DNA of 64,000 nt from a bacterium (GTDB lineage Bacteria; UBA8248): contig OY843592.1 in the NCBI GenBank assembly GCA_963692865.2, forward strand, positions 1,152,001 through 1,216,000, given 5' to 3'. A program made the position numbers and the translations under genes. The notes beneath the pieces are model-generated. The model was not told the origin of the DNA and did no database searches. It saw only the letters and a program-made list of their open reading frames with translations. How positions within the stretch are numbered: position 1 is the first letter of the stretch; each line of letters opens with the position of its first letter. Positions 47,026-57,157 of the stretch are shown here, piece after piece.

Positions 47026-47939
47026 TCGTACGATATCCGCGGATCGAGATAGGCGTAGACGAGGTCCACCGTCAGATTGATGAGCACGAACCCCGACGCC
47101 AGAAGAAACACGGCGGCCTGTACGATCGGGAAGTCGCGGTTCGCGATTGAATCGACCACCAGCCGCCCGACTCCAGGCCAGGCGAAAACGACCTCGATGA
47201 TCACGGTTCCGCCGAGGAGTATGCCCAAATCCAGACCCATGACGGTCACGATGGGAATCGAGGAGTTCTTCAGTGCATGAACCATGAGTACGATTTTTTC
47301 GCTCAGCCCCTTCGCCCGAGCCGTGGTGATGTAGTCCTGGCGCAGCACCTCGAGCATCTGGGAGCGCATGAGCCTCGCGAGCCGGGCGAGGTGATACGTG
47401 GAGGCGGCGAAAGCCGGCATGATGAAATGCTCCCATCCGCCGCGGCCGAAGGAGGGCAGAAGTCCCAGCGTCACGGAGAAGAACATGATGAACATGATCG
47501 CCAGCCAGAAATCGGGGACCGCCTGCATCAGCACCGTAATGCCCACGCAGCCCTTGTCGTAGGACGAGCCTTCCTTGAAGGCCGCCAGACAGCCGAAGGG
47601 AATCCCGATGAGCACGGCGAAGGCAAAGGCCCCGACCGCCATCTCTATCGTCGCCGGAAAATGTTCCAGAACGAGCCCCATGGCCGATTCGCCGTGTTCG
47701 GTGGATTCCCCGAAATTCCCCTGGAGAGCGTTCGAGAAAAACCGCCCGTACTGTACGTGGAGCGGCTGGTCGAAGCCCATGAGTTTTCTCAAGTGCTCGA
47801 TGTCTTCGTGGGTCGCATCGGTATCGAGCATCACCAGAACGGGGTCGCCCGTCATGTGGAGCAGGAGAAACACGATGATCATGACGCACTTGAGGAGGAC
47901 GATTGCCTGAATCAAGCGCTTGACGACATATCCGGCCAT
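47022..47939 (-). CDS. Peptide/nickel ABC transporter permease (DppB/OppB-like)
   Basis: GDP, DYITTARAKGL, HALKN, EVVFAWPGVG, LVYAYLDPRI. Confidence 0.93.
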   Translation of the reverse strand: MAGYVVKRLIQAIVLLKCVMIIVFLLLHMTGDPVLVMLDTDATHEDIEHLRKLMGFDQPLHVQYGRFFSNALQGNFGESTEHGESAMGLVLEHFPATIEMAVGAFAFAVLIGIPFGCLAAFKEGSSYDKGCVGITVLMQAVPDFWLAIMFIMFFSVTLGLLPSFGRGGWEHFIMPAFAASTYHLARLARLMRSQMLEVLRQDYITTARAKGLSEKIVLMVHALKNSSIPIVTVMGLDLGILLGGTVIIEVVFAWPGVGRLVVDSIANRDFPIVQAAVFLLASGFVLINLTVDLVYAYLDPRISYE

Positions 47940-47999
47940 AAAACCACCCAGCGACTAGGAACTGTCTTGTTTCAATACGAGGACGACATTCGTTTATCC

Positions 48000-48036
48000 G
48001 CCGGAGGGTCGCGCCCGGCGAAAACCACCCTCCGGC
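48000..48036 (-). promoter_or_regulatory. Intergenic stem-loop between substrate-binding gene and permease (possible mRNA stabiliser/attenuator)
   Basis: GCCGGAGGGT (48000-48009) / ACCCTCCGGC (48027-48036) perfect 10-bp inverted repeat. Confidence 0.45.
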
Positions 48037-48118
48037 AGGCGGCTTGCGAACGCCTCCGGCCGGGGCGGGTTCATGCCCGCGCCCGACCGGAGCTTCGCCT
48101 CGAACCAAAGATTTGTAT

Positions 48119-49633
48119 CTACTTCAAGCCGACCTCGGCGGCTATCAGTTTTCCGTCGGCGCGCGGTTTCCAGTCTATCTTCTTGTTTGCGCCGAAGATG
48201 CGGAAAGTCTGATACAGCGGAACGATCGGGACCTTCTCGTGACGCAGAACGCGGGCGATTTCCTGGTATTTCTTCTCCCGCGCCTTGTTATCCAGCGTCG
48301 AGCGCGCGTCGTTGATCATCGCGTCCACGGCCTTGTCGCGGAATCCGCCGTAGGCCGAGCGGCTGCTGATAGCGCCGGCGAACATGTGCTCTGCGCTGAA
48401 GGCCGTGTTCATCCGCGCCAGATAGTACAGGAACGGTTTTACGTTCTTCTTGTACTTGCCGAAGATGATCTTCTTCATCGCGCCCCATTCCATCACGCGG
48501 ACGTTCGCCTTGAGGCCGACCTTCGCCCACTGGCCGGCGATGCCCTCGAGCGCTTCCTTGCCCATCATGAAGCGTCCGCGGGGGATGTACACGTCGAAGG
48601 AGAATCCCTTCGCGAATCCGGCCTCGGCGAGCAGCTTCTTCGCCTGGGCGGGGTCGTAGGGATAGGGTTTGAGTTCGGGATTGAAGCCGAAGCTCGCGGG
48701 GCCCTGAATGATCGCCACCGATTTGGCGAAGCCCATCATCACGTTCTTGGTGATGGCTTCGCGGTTGATGGCGAGGTTCATCGCCCTGCGTACCCGCACG
48801 TCCATCCAGGGCGCGCCCTCTTTGATCACCATCAGGATGTAGTTGGTGCGCGGCGACTGCTTGGCGATGACGTCCGTTTTGCCGCTTGCCCGGACGCGGT
48901 CGCTCAAGGCCGGAGGCAGGTTGTCGATCACGTCCACGTCACCGGAGATGAGTGCTGAGACGCGCGTGGTGGACTCGGGGATGAACTTCACCACCGCCGT
49001 CTTCACCTTCGATTTTCTCCAGGCGTTGGGGTTCGCTTCGTAGATGACCTCCTGGCCCTTGCGCCATTTCTTCATCACGAAGGGCCCGCTGCCCACCGGG
49101 TTGCGGGAGAGATGTTTCTTGTCGTGTTTCTTGTAATACTCGGGCGGCACGATGAAGCCGTAGATCGCCAGAAACGGCGGGAGCATGGGGTCTGGTTTTT
49201 TCGTGTGAATCCGGACCGTGTGCTCATCGACCACTTCCAGCTTCGCCATGCTCTTGAAGTAGCGGTACTGCCTCGATTTCATCTTGGGGTCGAGAATCCG
49301 CTCGAAGCTGAACTTGACGGCAGCCGCGTTCACGGGATCGCCGTTGCTGAACTTGACCCCCTTCCTGAGCTTGAACTCCCACACCTTGGGGCTCACCATC
49401 TTGTAGCTTTCGGCGAGCTGGTGCGTCATGGAGCCGTCGGGAGCGCGCGCGAGCAGCGTCTCGAAGACGTTCGGGTGGTGCATCGAAATCGGCAGGGAAC
49501 TGAAGGTGTGGGGGTCGAACGTCGTCAGCGCGCCGGCCATCCCCAGCACGACCTTCCCCTTGGGCGCCGCTTTCGCTCCCGCGGGAAGCAGCAACAGCGA
49601 CAGTACGACCATCCAAAGCCAAAGCCTCTTCAT
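48119..49633 (-). CDS. ABC transporter substrate-binding protein, family 5 (DppA/OppA-like)
   Basis: AGGAGG RBS, signal peptide, FKLRKGVKFSNG, PVGSGPF, VRRAMNLAINRE, YDPAQAKKLLAEAG. Confidence 0.93.
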   Translation of the reverse strand: MKRLWLWMVVLSLLLLPAGAKAAPKGKVVLGMAGALTTFDPHTFSSLPISMHHPNVFETLLARAPDGSMTHQLAESYKMVSPKVWEFKLRKGVKFSNGDPVNAAAVKFSFERILDPKMKSRQYRYFKSMAKLEVVDEHTVRIHTKKPDPMLPPFLAIYGFIVPPEYYKKHDKKHLSRNPVGSGPFVMKKWRKGQEVIYEANPNAWRKSKVKTAVVKFIPESTTRVSALISGDVDVIDNLPPALSDRVRASGKTDVIAKQSPRTNYILMVIKEGAPWMDVRVRRAMNLAINREAITKNVMMGFAKSVAIIQGPASFGFNPELKPYPYDPAQAKKLLAEAGFAKGFSFDVYIPRGRFMMGKEALEGIAGQWAKVGLKANVRVMEWGAMKKIIFGKYKKNVKPFLYYLARMNTAFSAEHMFAGAISSRSAYGGFRDKAVDAMINDARSTLDNKAREKKYQEIARVLRHEKVPIVPLYQTFRIFGANKKIDWKPRADGKLIAAEVGLK

Positions 49634-49671
49634 CTCGTGTTCCTCCTTTTGGGTAAGAATCAACCAAGCCG

Positions 49672-50814
49672 TCAGAGACAAACCAGTTCGTCGGTGCTCG
49701 TGTTCAGCGGTTCGTAACCATCGTCCGTGACCAGATAGGTTTCACCCCAGAAAATCTGGCGGTTGGGGCCCAGGTTGAACATGGGGTGCGTCGTCACCAC
49801 CATGCCCGGCTGCAGCTCTCCCTCCGAGAGCGGCGTGATCATGTAATCGGTGAGGTCCAGGCCCGTCAGATGCACCAGGCCGTAAGGCCACACCTCGTAG
49901 CCGTGTTTTTCGAAAACGTCGTTCATCGCCGCGACCATGGCGACCATCGGTTCTCCCGGCTTCATGCGCTCCAGGGAGGCGTCGCGCGCCTCGCGCACCA
50001 CCTGATGGGCGTCGATAAGCCACTTTTCCGCCTCGCCCAGCGCCAGGACCCGCACGATCTGGTTCCAGTATCCACGAACGCGCGGGGAGATTTCCAGCAG
50101 CACGGCGTCACCCTGCCTGATGGGCCTGTCCGTCTGGGGGATGACGTAGCCCCAGGGCGCTTCGCCGCCGTTCGCCATGCTCGCGAGGCCCATCATGTTG
50201 AAGTTCTCCGTCCCGCCCTCGGGGATGATCACCCGATCCATCTCGGCGCGCATGTCGAGTTCCGTCACCCCTTCGCGAATGAAGCCGCACAGGTGATTCC
50301 ACACCTTATCACCGAGCCGGGCCGCGTGGCGCGACATTTCCACTTCTTCCTCACTTTGCACGAGGCGCAGCTTCCAGACGAGTTCGCCCGCTTCCACCCA
50401 TTCTTTCGCGTTCACCTGATCCAGAAGCTGCTGGTGCCAGGCCACGGGGATGATGGCGAGCGAGGAGATTCCGATTCTGGAGTTCGAGGAGGTGATTTCG
50501 TTCAGGTAGTTGCACGCCTGTTTCGGGACGGGGGTGAGCGCCTCGCAGCGCGTGTCGGCGATCCAGCCGTTTCGCAGGGATTCGATTCTCTGATTCTCCA
50601 CCCCCACGAACAGCACGGGTTCTCCCTCGCGCGGGAAGACCAGAATCTGCTGGCCGGAGAACGAGATGAAATTGCTGACGTAGGCCAGATTGCCCGTACG
50701 CGGCCCCTGGCGTCCGCTGTTGCCGTAGACGACGAGAACGTCCAGGCCCTCGCGCTCCATTTCCGCCCTGAGATTCGCGTGGCGGCGGTCACGCTCTTTG
50801 GTCGATAAACCCAA
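49672..50814 (-). CDS. M24/creatinase-fold hydrolase with non-canonical active site
   Basis: Creatinase-like N domain; pita-bread motifs altered (LEISPRVRGYWNQ, VHLTGLD, TTHPM, WGETY). Confidence 0.75.
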   Translation of the reverse strand: MGLSTKERDRRHANLRAEMEREGLDVLVVYGNSGRQGPRTGNLAYVSNFISFSGQQILVFPREGEPVLFVGVENQRIESLRNGWIADTRCEALTPVPKQACNYLNEITSSNSRIGISSLAIIPVAWHQQLLDQVNAKEWVEAGELVWKLRLVQSEEEVEMSRHAARLGDKVWNHLCGFIREGVTELDMRAEMDRVIIPEGGTENFNMMGLASMANGGEAPWGYVIPQTDRPIRQGDAVLLEISPRVRGYWNQIVRVLALGEAEKWLIDAHQVVREARDASLERMKPGEPMVAMVAAMNDVFEKHGYEVWPYGLVHLTGLDLTDYMITPLSEGELQPGMVVTTHPMFNLGPNRQIFWGETYLVTDDGYEPLNTSTDELVCL

Positions 50815-50841
50815 CTTTCCTCTCCTTCGCGTTGCGTACCG

Positions 50842-51609
50842 TTAAAAGATCACCTTACCGCCCGAGACGGCCATGTTCACGCCCGTCACGTAGGCGGCCT
50901 CTTCGCTGCAGAAAAACACCACGGCCCCCCCGACGTCCTCGGATCGCCCGAGGCGCTTCATCGGTATGGCGTCGATATACTCTCTTTGGTAGTCATCCGA
51001 GTGGAGGATGGGCCGCTCCGTTTCGGTGAGGCCCGGAGAGACCATGTTCACCGTGATGCCGTAAGGACCTGCCTCCACGGCCAGATTTTGCGAGAAATAG
51101 AGCAGTGCGGACTTGACGGCCCCGTAGGAGTTCGTGCGCGCGCGCTTCTCGCCCAGCACGGTGGACAAGACGTTGACGATGCGGCCCCAGCCCCGCTCCC
51201 GCATGCCCGGCAGCGCCGCCTGACAGCAGTGAAAAGCGCCCCTGAGCATCACTTGAATCTGCGGTTCGTAATCCTCCTCCCAACTCATCTCCATAAAGGC
51301 TCTGCCCTTCACCAATTGGCGCGCGTTGTTGACGAGAATGTCGACGCCGCCCATGCGCTTCCCGCATTCTTCGAACATGCGCGCCACGTCGTCCTGGCGG
51401 CTCACATCGGCCTGAACGCCGAACGCGCCGCCGCCTGCTTCCCGAATCGCGTTGGCCGTTTCGTGCGCCGCCGCCTCGCCCGCGTGGTAGTGCACGGCGA
51501 CCGTTGCGCCCTCTTTCGCCAGTGCGTGGGCGATGGCTTTGCCGATGCCGCGCGTAGCGCCGGTGACGAGCGCGGCGCGTCCTTCGAGCCTCATGCGGAA
51601 CTCATCCAA
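50842..51609 (-). CDS. Short-chain dehydrogenase/reductase (FabG-like)
   Basis: TGATRGIG, LVNNA, YGAVK, VNMVSPG. Confidence 0.9.
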   Translation of the reverse strand: MDEFRMRLEGRAALVTGATRGIGKAIAHALAKEGATVAVHYHAGEAAAHETANAIREAGGGAFGVQADVSRQDDVARMFEECGKRMGGVDILVNNARQLVKGRAFMEMSWEEDYEPQIQVMLRGAFHCCQAALPGMRERGWGRIVNVLSTVLGEKRARTNSYGAVKSALLYFSQNLAVEAGPYGITVNMVSPGLTETERPILHSDDYQREYIDAIPMKRLGRSEDVGGAVVFFCSEEAAYVTGVNMAVSGGKVIF

Positions 51610-51699
51610 TTCGTGAGCGAAAAATCATGTATTCCCGATGCCGGTGAAAACAATTCCCGCCCCTGGCGACTTGTATGAAACGAGCAATTAAGTCTTGAA

Positions 51700-51725
51700 T
51701 AATGGTATTGTATTTAATACCATTA
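51700..51725. promoter_or_regulatory. Palindromic operator candidate TAATGGTATT-N6-AATACCATTA in divergent promoter region
   Basis: Perfect 10-bp arms in the AT-rich gap between the SDR operon and the GntR gene. Confidence 0.65.
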
Positions 51726-51830
51726 AGGTTCGCAAGCGTTAATTTCGCAAAGAGGACCATTTCCAACGAAGTTGCGATATGTGAAACTTCCGTCTTGCCC
51801 CAGACTCGAAACCCGTCGATATTCGAGGAG

Positions 51831-52592
51831 ATGGAAAGCGAGGGAAAAATGTTGGAGCTGAGCGCTGAAAAACCGTTTTCGAACGAATTCATCCCCTATT
51901 ACTACCAGATCGCGAATCTCCTGCGCGGCAAAATCGAAAGCGGAGAACTCTTCGCGGGCATGAAGCTCCCGAAGGAACTGGATCTTTCCAAGCACTTCGG
52001 CGTCAGCCGGGTCACACTGCGGCAAGCCCTCGCCATACTGGAGAAAGAAGGTCTCGTGACGCGCGAGCGCCGCAAGGGCACGTTCGTGAACCACGGGGGC
52101 GTGAAATCCAAAATGATTCCACTCACCGGCGTCGTATGGGAGGAGGACGCGGGCGGGGAGAACATGCGGGTCATATCGACGGAGGAGGTAGACGCATCGG
52201 CCATGCTCAAGAAATTCTTCGGCCTGGACGACGGGGAGAAGTTGAGCAGGGTCGAGCGTTTGAGGATGGTGGAGGAAACGCCCCTTTGCTACGTGATGAA
52301 CTATTTGCCCCGAGAGCTCGCGAAGGACATCCCGCAAGAAGACATCCGCACCCGCAGCATGCTCCACATCCTGAAGAGTCGGCTGAATATCCCGCTGGGC
52401 AAGATTCAGCAGACGTTCGAGGCGCGCATCGCCGAGAGCGACGTCGCGGCCCATCTTTCCATCGGCGTTCTGGCGCCGGTTTTGTACGTGGAAACCTTCG
52501 TGCGCAGCAAAAGCGGGGAACCCGTCGAATTCTCTCAAATCTATTACCGCGGAGATCAGCACCGGTACAGAGTGGAACTCGTGAGCGAGTAG
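51831..52592 (+). CDS. GntR/HutC-family transcriptional regulator (HTH + UTRA)
   Basis: YYQIA..LR, LPKE.DL...FGVSRVTLRQAL, RRKGTFV, UTRA-like C-terminus; start 51831 or 51849. Confidence 0.92.
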   Translation: MESEGKMLELSAEKPFSNEFIPYYYQIANLLRGKIESGELFAGMKLPKELDLSKHFGVSRVTLRQALAILEKEGLVTRERRKGTFVNHGGVKSKMIPLTGVVWEEDAGGENMRVISTEEVDASAMLKKFFGLDDGEKLSRVERLRMVEETPLCYVMNYLPRELAKDIPQEDIRTRSMLHILKSRLNIPLGKIQQTFEARIAESDVAAHLSIGVLAPVLYVETFVRSKSGEPVEFSQIYYRGDQHRYRVELVSE

Positions 52593-52649
52593 TCCCTCGC
52601 GTCTCGTGCTGCGCGCTTTTCCAAACTATCGCTGGATGGGAGGGGCAAG

Positions 52650-53561
52650 ATGCCCAAAAAGAAGAGTACGAAAAGAACCATCGGCTTCATCGGCCTGGGC
52701 CTCATGGGCCAGGCGTTTTCCAGGAATCTCATCGCAGACGGCCATCCCCTCGTCGGAACCGACGTGCTGTCGGGGGCGATGCGCAAGTTCAGGCGCCTGG
52801 GGGGAGAGGCCCTGGAATCGCCCCGCGCCGTGGCCGAAGCGGCGGATATCGTGTTCATCTCGGTTCCCAATTCGAAGATATCCCTTCAGACCGCGCGTGG
52901 GAAAAACGGCTATCTGGCCTGTGCGCCCGAATCCGCGCCGGAGGTCGTTCTCGACACGACGACTTCGGATCCGGAAGACTCGAAAAAACACGCCGAACTT
53001 TGCCGGAAGAAGGGAATACCCTATCTGGACGCCAGCGTGAGCGGCAACAGCGACCACGTGGCGAATCGGGAAGGCTTGTTTCTCGTGGGCGGGAACAGGA
53101 AAGCCTACGAGAAAGTGGCGCCGCTTTTGGAGACGATGCTCTCCGATCAGGTTTACTGCGGGCCGTCGGGCTCCGGCGCCGCGATGAAAGTGGTCGTGAA
53201 CTACATGACCTCCATGGGACGCTGCGTCATCGCCGAAGGCTTAAGGCTGGGGATGCGCAGCGGATTCGGGAAGGATTTTTTGTTCGACACGCTCAAGAGA
53301 AGCCGCGCGGGCGACTCGAGCGGGTTCCATGGCCACGGCGGCATCATGGTGCGGGGCCGCTTTCGCCGTCCCCGGAGCACCTTGAACGTCATCCGCAAGG
53401 ACATCGGGCTCGGCCTCAGGCTGGCCAGGAGGCACGGCGCCGTGACGCCCGTGGGCAACGCATGCGCGCCGCTGTACAGGGAAGGCGCGCGCGCAGGCAA
53501 TGGAGAGTTGGACAGCGCGGCCGTGTATCTCTCCTATCTGGATCGGGAGAACAAAAAATAG
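52650..53561 (+). CDS. Beta-hydroxyacid dehydrogenase (3-hydroxyisobutyrate dehydrogenase family)
   Basis: GFIGLGLMG, DASVSG, GSGAAMKVVVN. Confidence 0.88.
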   Translation: MPKKKSTKRTIGFIGLGLMGQAFSRNLIADGHPLVGTDVLSGAMRKFRRLGGEALESPRAVAEAADIVFISVPNSKISLQTARGKNGYLACAPESAPEVVLDTTTSDPEDSKKHAELCRKKGIPYLDASVSGNSDHVANREGLFLVGGNRKAYEKVAPLLETMLSDQVYCGPSGSGAAMKVVVNYMTSMGRCVIAEGLRLGMRSGFGKDFLFDTLKRSRAGDSSGFHGHGGIMVRGRFRRPRSTLNVIRKDIGLGLRLARRHGAVTPVGNACAPLYREGARAGNGELDSAAVYLSYLDRENKK

Positions 53562-53638
53562 AACGGCTCGACCGGGCGTTCTCGACAGGTGAATGGAGCG
53601 CGCCCGCGATCGGACCGTCGTCGCTGCGCCCTTTCTGA

Positions 53639-54694
53639 ATGGATGAGGGGCGAGGCGCGGTATTTCAAGAACGGGGGTGGTCGTTGCCGGGTGAAGCGCA
53701 CGATTCAGCGGATAAAGAATCCACGCTCGTCGTGGTGGGCGACATGGAGGTCGACCGCCCGGAGCCCCGGAACACTTTCTCGAAGGTCGCCTCGTATCTG
53801 AAAGCGGCCGATCTGCGCTTCGGCGGCCTGGAAGCCTCGATGTCCCACCTGGGCGCCCCGGCCAGCGGGAAGATCGTGATGCGCCACAGCCCTGAGATGA
53901 TTCAGGGCTATCTCGAGGGCGGCTTCGACGCCTTGGCGTTCGCCAGCAACCATTGCATGGATTACGGGGTCGAGCCGTTCGTCGAGACGATGGCGTTGCT
54001 CGAGCGAAACGGAATCGCATATTCGGGCGCGGGCCGGAACATCCAGGAGGCGCGTACGCCCGCCGTCATCGAACGGGGGGGCGTGCGCTACGGGTTCCTG
54101 TCCTACGTGCTGGAACTCCCCCTGGGCTGGGGGGCGGGCCCTTCGAAGCCGGGCGTCGCGCCCATCCGGCAGGATGCGCTCTATGGCCCTCCCTACGTCA
54201 ACGAGGAGGATTTGGCGGCGATGATCGCCGACATGGAGCGCGCGCGGCCGAGGGTCGATTTTCTTCTGGCCTCGTTCCACTGGGGCGCGAGCCAGAGCCG
54301 CACGCTCACGCTTTCCCAGCAGGCGTCGGCGCGCGCGGCTGTCGAGGCGGGGGTGGACGTCGTCGTCGGCCACCATCCCCACATCGTGCAGGGGGTCGAG
54401 GTGTATCGCGGCAGGCCCGTTTTCTACGCGCTCGGCAATTTCGTGCTCGATCACGACCACCCGATGTTCCTGCCCACCGCGCGCGAGTCGATTTGCCTGA
54501 AGTTGACCCTGAGAGGCGGAGCGCTCGCCCGGGCGGCGGTATCGCCCGTCTTGATCGAAGCGGACGGCAGCCCCCGGATTCCGGGGCCCGAGGAGCCGAA
54601 ATCGGCGGAAATTCTGGGCAAACTCGTATCGCTCTCGGAAAAGCTGGGGACAAGGATCGAGGTTTCCGGGGGCGAGGGGGTGGTCGCGCTGTGA
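53639..54694 (+). CDS. CapA/PGA_cap family metallophosphoesterase
   Basis: VGD, ASNHCMDYG, FHWG, GHHPHIVQGVE, YALGNF. Confidence 0.88.
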   Translation: MDEGRGAVFQERGWSLPGEAHDSADKESTLVVVGDMEVDRPEPRNTFSKVASYLKAADLRFGGLEASMSHLGAPASGKIVMRHSPEMIQGYLEGGFDALAFASNHCMDYGVEPFVETMALLERNGIAYSGAGRNIQEARTPAVIERGGVRYGFLSYVLELPLGWGAGPSKPGVAPIRQDALYGPPYVNEEDLAAMIADMERARPRVDFLLASFHWGASQSRTLTLSQQASARAAVEAGVDVVVGHHPHIVQGVEVYRGRPVFYALGNFVLDHDHPMFLPTARESICLKLTLRGGALARAAVSPVLIEADGSPRIPGPEEPKSAEILGKLVSLSEKLGTRIEVSGGEGVVAL

Positions 54695-54743
54695 ACAGCC
54701 GGATTGCTTCCCTCATCGAGCGGCGAACCGCGGGAAATCCATC

Positions 54744-55487
54744 ATGGAGCTGAAGGATAAGATTTTCGTCATCACGGGCGCGGCCCGCGGCATCGGCGCG
54801 GAAGCCGCGCGCCGCTTTTCGGGTATGGGCGGAAACGTGGCGGCCCTGGACGTGGAGGAAGACGGCCTGCGAAGCCTCGAAGCGGAATCGGGCGGCGAAA
54901 TCTTGGGCGTGCGCGCGGACATCTCGAACCCGAAGGGCGTCGAGGACGCCTTCGACGCGGCGGCGGCGAGATTCGGCGGCGTGGACGTTCTGATCAACTG
55001 CGCCGTCATCCGGGGGAACGGCCCCCTGGCGGAGGTCGAGGAAGCCACGATCGACCTGGCGCTGGCCGTGGGCCTCAAGGGCGGCATCCTGTGCGCGAAG
55101 CGCGCGGCACAGGAGATGAAAAAACGCGGCGGCGGCGCCATCGTCAACATGTCGAGTTTCTACGCGCGCACGCCGGCGAAGGAGCGCGTGGTCTACGTCG
55201 CCGTGAAGGGGGGCGTCGAAGGTCTCACGCGCGCGCTGGCCGTCGAACTGGCGGATTCGAACATCCGCGTGAACGCCGTCGCGGCGGGGCCGGTGCTGAC
55301 GAGGCTCAGGGAATCCCAGGGGGAGGGCGACCCCGAAAACCTGGCGGAGCGCTACCGCAAATCCCCCATGGGCAGGTTCGGCCGGGTCGATGAGGTGCTC
55401 GACGCCATCGAGTATCTGGTGACGCCCCGCTCGTCCTTCATGACGGGCCAGGTTCTGGTGCTCGACGGCGGTTTGACCATCGTGTGA
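54744..55487 (+). CDS. Short-chain dehydrogenase/reductase
   Basis: TGAARGIG, YVAVKGG, IRVNAVAAG, TGQVLVLDGG. Confidence 0.9.
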   Translation: MELKDKIFVITGAARGIGAEAARRFSGMGGNVAALDVEEDGLRSLEAESGGEILGVRADISNPKGVEDAFDAAAARFGGVDVLINCAVIRGNGPLAEVEEATIDLALAVGLKGGILCAKRAAQEMKKRGGGAIVNMSSFYARTPAKERVVYVAVKGGVEGLTRALAVELADSNIRVNAVAAGPVLTRLRESQGEGDPENLAERYRKSPMGRFGRVDEVLDAIEYLVTPRSSFMTGQVLVLDGGLTIV

Positions 55488-55499
55488 TGTTTTTGGAAG

Positions 55500-55596
55500 T
55501 GGCGGGAACGCGTGGGAGTCGAACCCACCGACGAAGTGATTAGCCCCGTCCACTGGATTTGAAGTCCAGGCGGCACACCGGCGCCGATGCGCTCCC
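55500..55596 (-). tRNA. selC: tRNA-Sec (anticodon UCA)
   Basis: Minus strand GGGAGCGC...CTGGA-CTTCAAA-TCCAG...long variable arm...GGTTCGACTCC...GCGTTCCC-G-CCA; 8-bp acceptor stem, 97 nt. Confidence 0.95.
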
Positions 55597-55748
55597 ACCA
55601 GGAGAATACAACGGCGGGCGTGGCTGCGAAAGCGCCATTGGCATTTGGAGCGCCTCCAAGCCGCGAGGCGGGGGCCGCGCGGCTTGTACTGGGAGCAGGA
55701 ACGTCCTAAAAGGGAGCGGAATTCATCGCCATCATAGGAGACAGGAGA

Positions 55749-56645
55749 ATGTCGCAGCGCGTGGGTATCGTGGGCATGGGGCTGATGGGCCAGGCGTTCA
55801 TCAAGAACTTGCGCGAGACGGGCTTCGAGGTGCAGGGCTTCGACGTGGACCCCGCCCGCATGGACGATTTGCGCGAGAAGGGAGGCGAACCCGTCGAGAC
55901 GCCGGAAGCGGCGGCCAGCGGCGTGAACTTCGTCGTCACCTCCCTGCCCACCAGCGGCGTCGCGCGCGAGGCGGCTCTGGGCGCAAGCGGGGTCGCCGAG
56001 GGAGCGAAGGAGGGCCTCTACCTTCTCGATACGACGACCTCCCGTCCCGAGGATTCGGTCCGCCTCGCGGAGGATTTGGCCGGGCGGGGCATCCGCTTTC
56101 TCGATTCCGCCGTGAGCGGGACGAGCGCGATGGCGGTAGAGAAGGATCTGGTGGTCGTCGCGGGCGGCGAGGCGGAGGATTTCGACGCCTGCCGCGCCGT
56201 CTTCGCGGGCTTCAGCCGGGCGGCCTACCACATGGGGCCGGTGGGTTCGGGCGCGCGGACGAAACTCGTCATCAACATGATCCTGGCGGGCAACCGGCTC
56301 GCCCTGGCCGAGGGGCTGATGCTCGGGACGAAGGTGGGCCTCGAGATGGACACCCTGCTGGAGGTGCTCAAGGACGGCGCGTGCTTCTCCAAGACGATGA
56401 TCGACAAGGGCCCCAAGATGATCCGCGCGGACTACTCGAAGCAGGGCCAGGTGAAGACCTCGCTCAAGGATTCGCGCCTCATGCTGGAGCAGGGCCGCCT
56501 CCACGGCTCGCCCATGCTGCTGACGAACCTGTGGTCCCAGGTCGCGCAGATGGCCTACGAGCGGGGCTACGGCGAGGAGGACACCGTCGCCTTCTTCGAG
56601 GTGCTGCGCGAGATGGGCGGCCTGCCTTCGAGGATTGACCCGTGA
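55749..56645 (+). CDS. Beta-hydroxyacid dehydrogenase (3-hydroxyisobutyrate dehydrogenase family)
   Basis: GIVGMGLMG, DSAVSG, GSGARTKLVIN. Confidence 0.88.
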   Translation: MSQRVGIVGMGLMGQAFIKNLRETGFEVQGFDVDPARMDDLREKGGEPVETPEAAASGVNFVVTSLPTSGVAREAALGASGVAEGAKEGLYLLDTTTSRPEDSVRLAEDLAGRGIRFLDSAVSGTSAMAVEKDLVVVAGGEAEDFDACRAVFAGFSRAAYHMGPVGSGARTKLVINMILAGNRLALAEGLMLGTKVGLEMDTLLEVLKDGACFSKTMIDKGPKMIRADYSKQGQVKTSLKDSRLMLEQGRLHGSPMLLTNLWSQVAQMAYERGYGEEDTVAFFEVLREMGGLPSRIDP

Positions 56646-57157
56646 TGCGGGGCTGAGCCCTGTTGCGGGGAGTTGCGGGGAGATACGCTCAATTCGGCGC
56701 AAATGCGGGCAAATGCGCCGCTCGAAAATTTCTTTGACTCCGTATTTGAGTCGCCTGCGCTCAGGTTTGTATCCATAACCCTTGTATTACAATAACTTGC
56801 GCTGGTTTCCCGCACGCTTTTTTTATCGAAAAACATCGTGAATTTATCCAATTTTGTCGTATTTTTCACTAAATTTTATCCAAATTCCCGGCGCGGCCGT
56901 TCCCACGCGCCGCTTCCGGCTGATGCGTGTCGCCCCCGACCGGGGGGGAAAGGGCCGCTCCGACCGGGAAGGATGCGTTCGCCGTCTTCATTTTCGCCCC
57001 GACGCCCGATTCCATGAAAAAGCCTCCGCTCCATTCCGGCCGATACGGGAAAACCGTTTTCCCGCGCCGCGCGCACGATACCGCTGCCCGGGGTTTCGGG
57101 GCGTATCGCAATTGCGGGGAATTGCGGGGTCAAACGCGGTTGATGAATGAGCGTTTG

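Noticed and set aside
46120-48108. 662-aa ORF suggesting a fused permease
   Set aside because: Only the last 301 aa are DppC-like; the upstream part overlaps the real DppB gene in another frame
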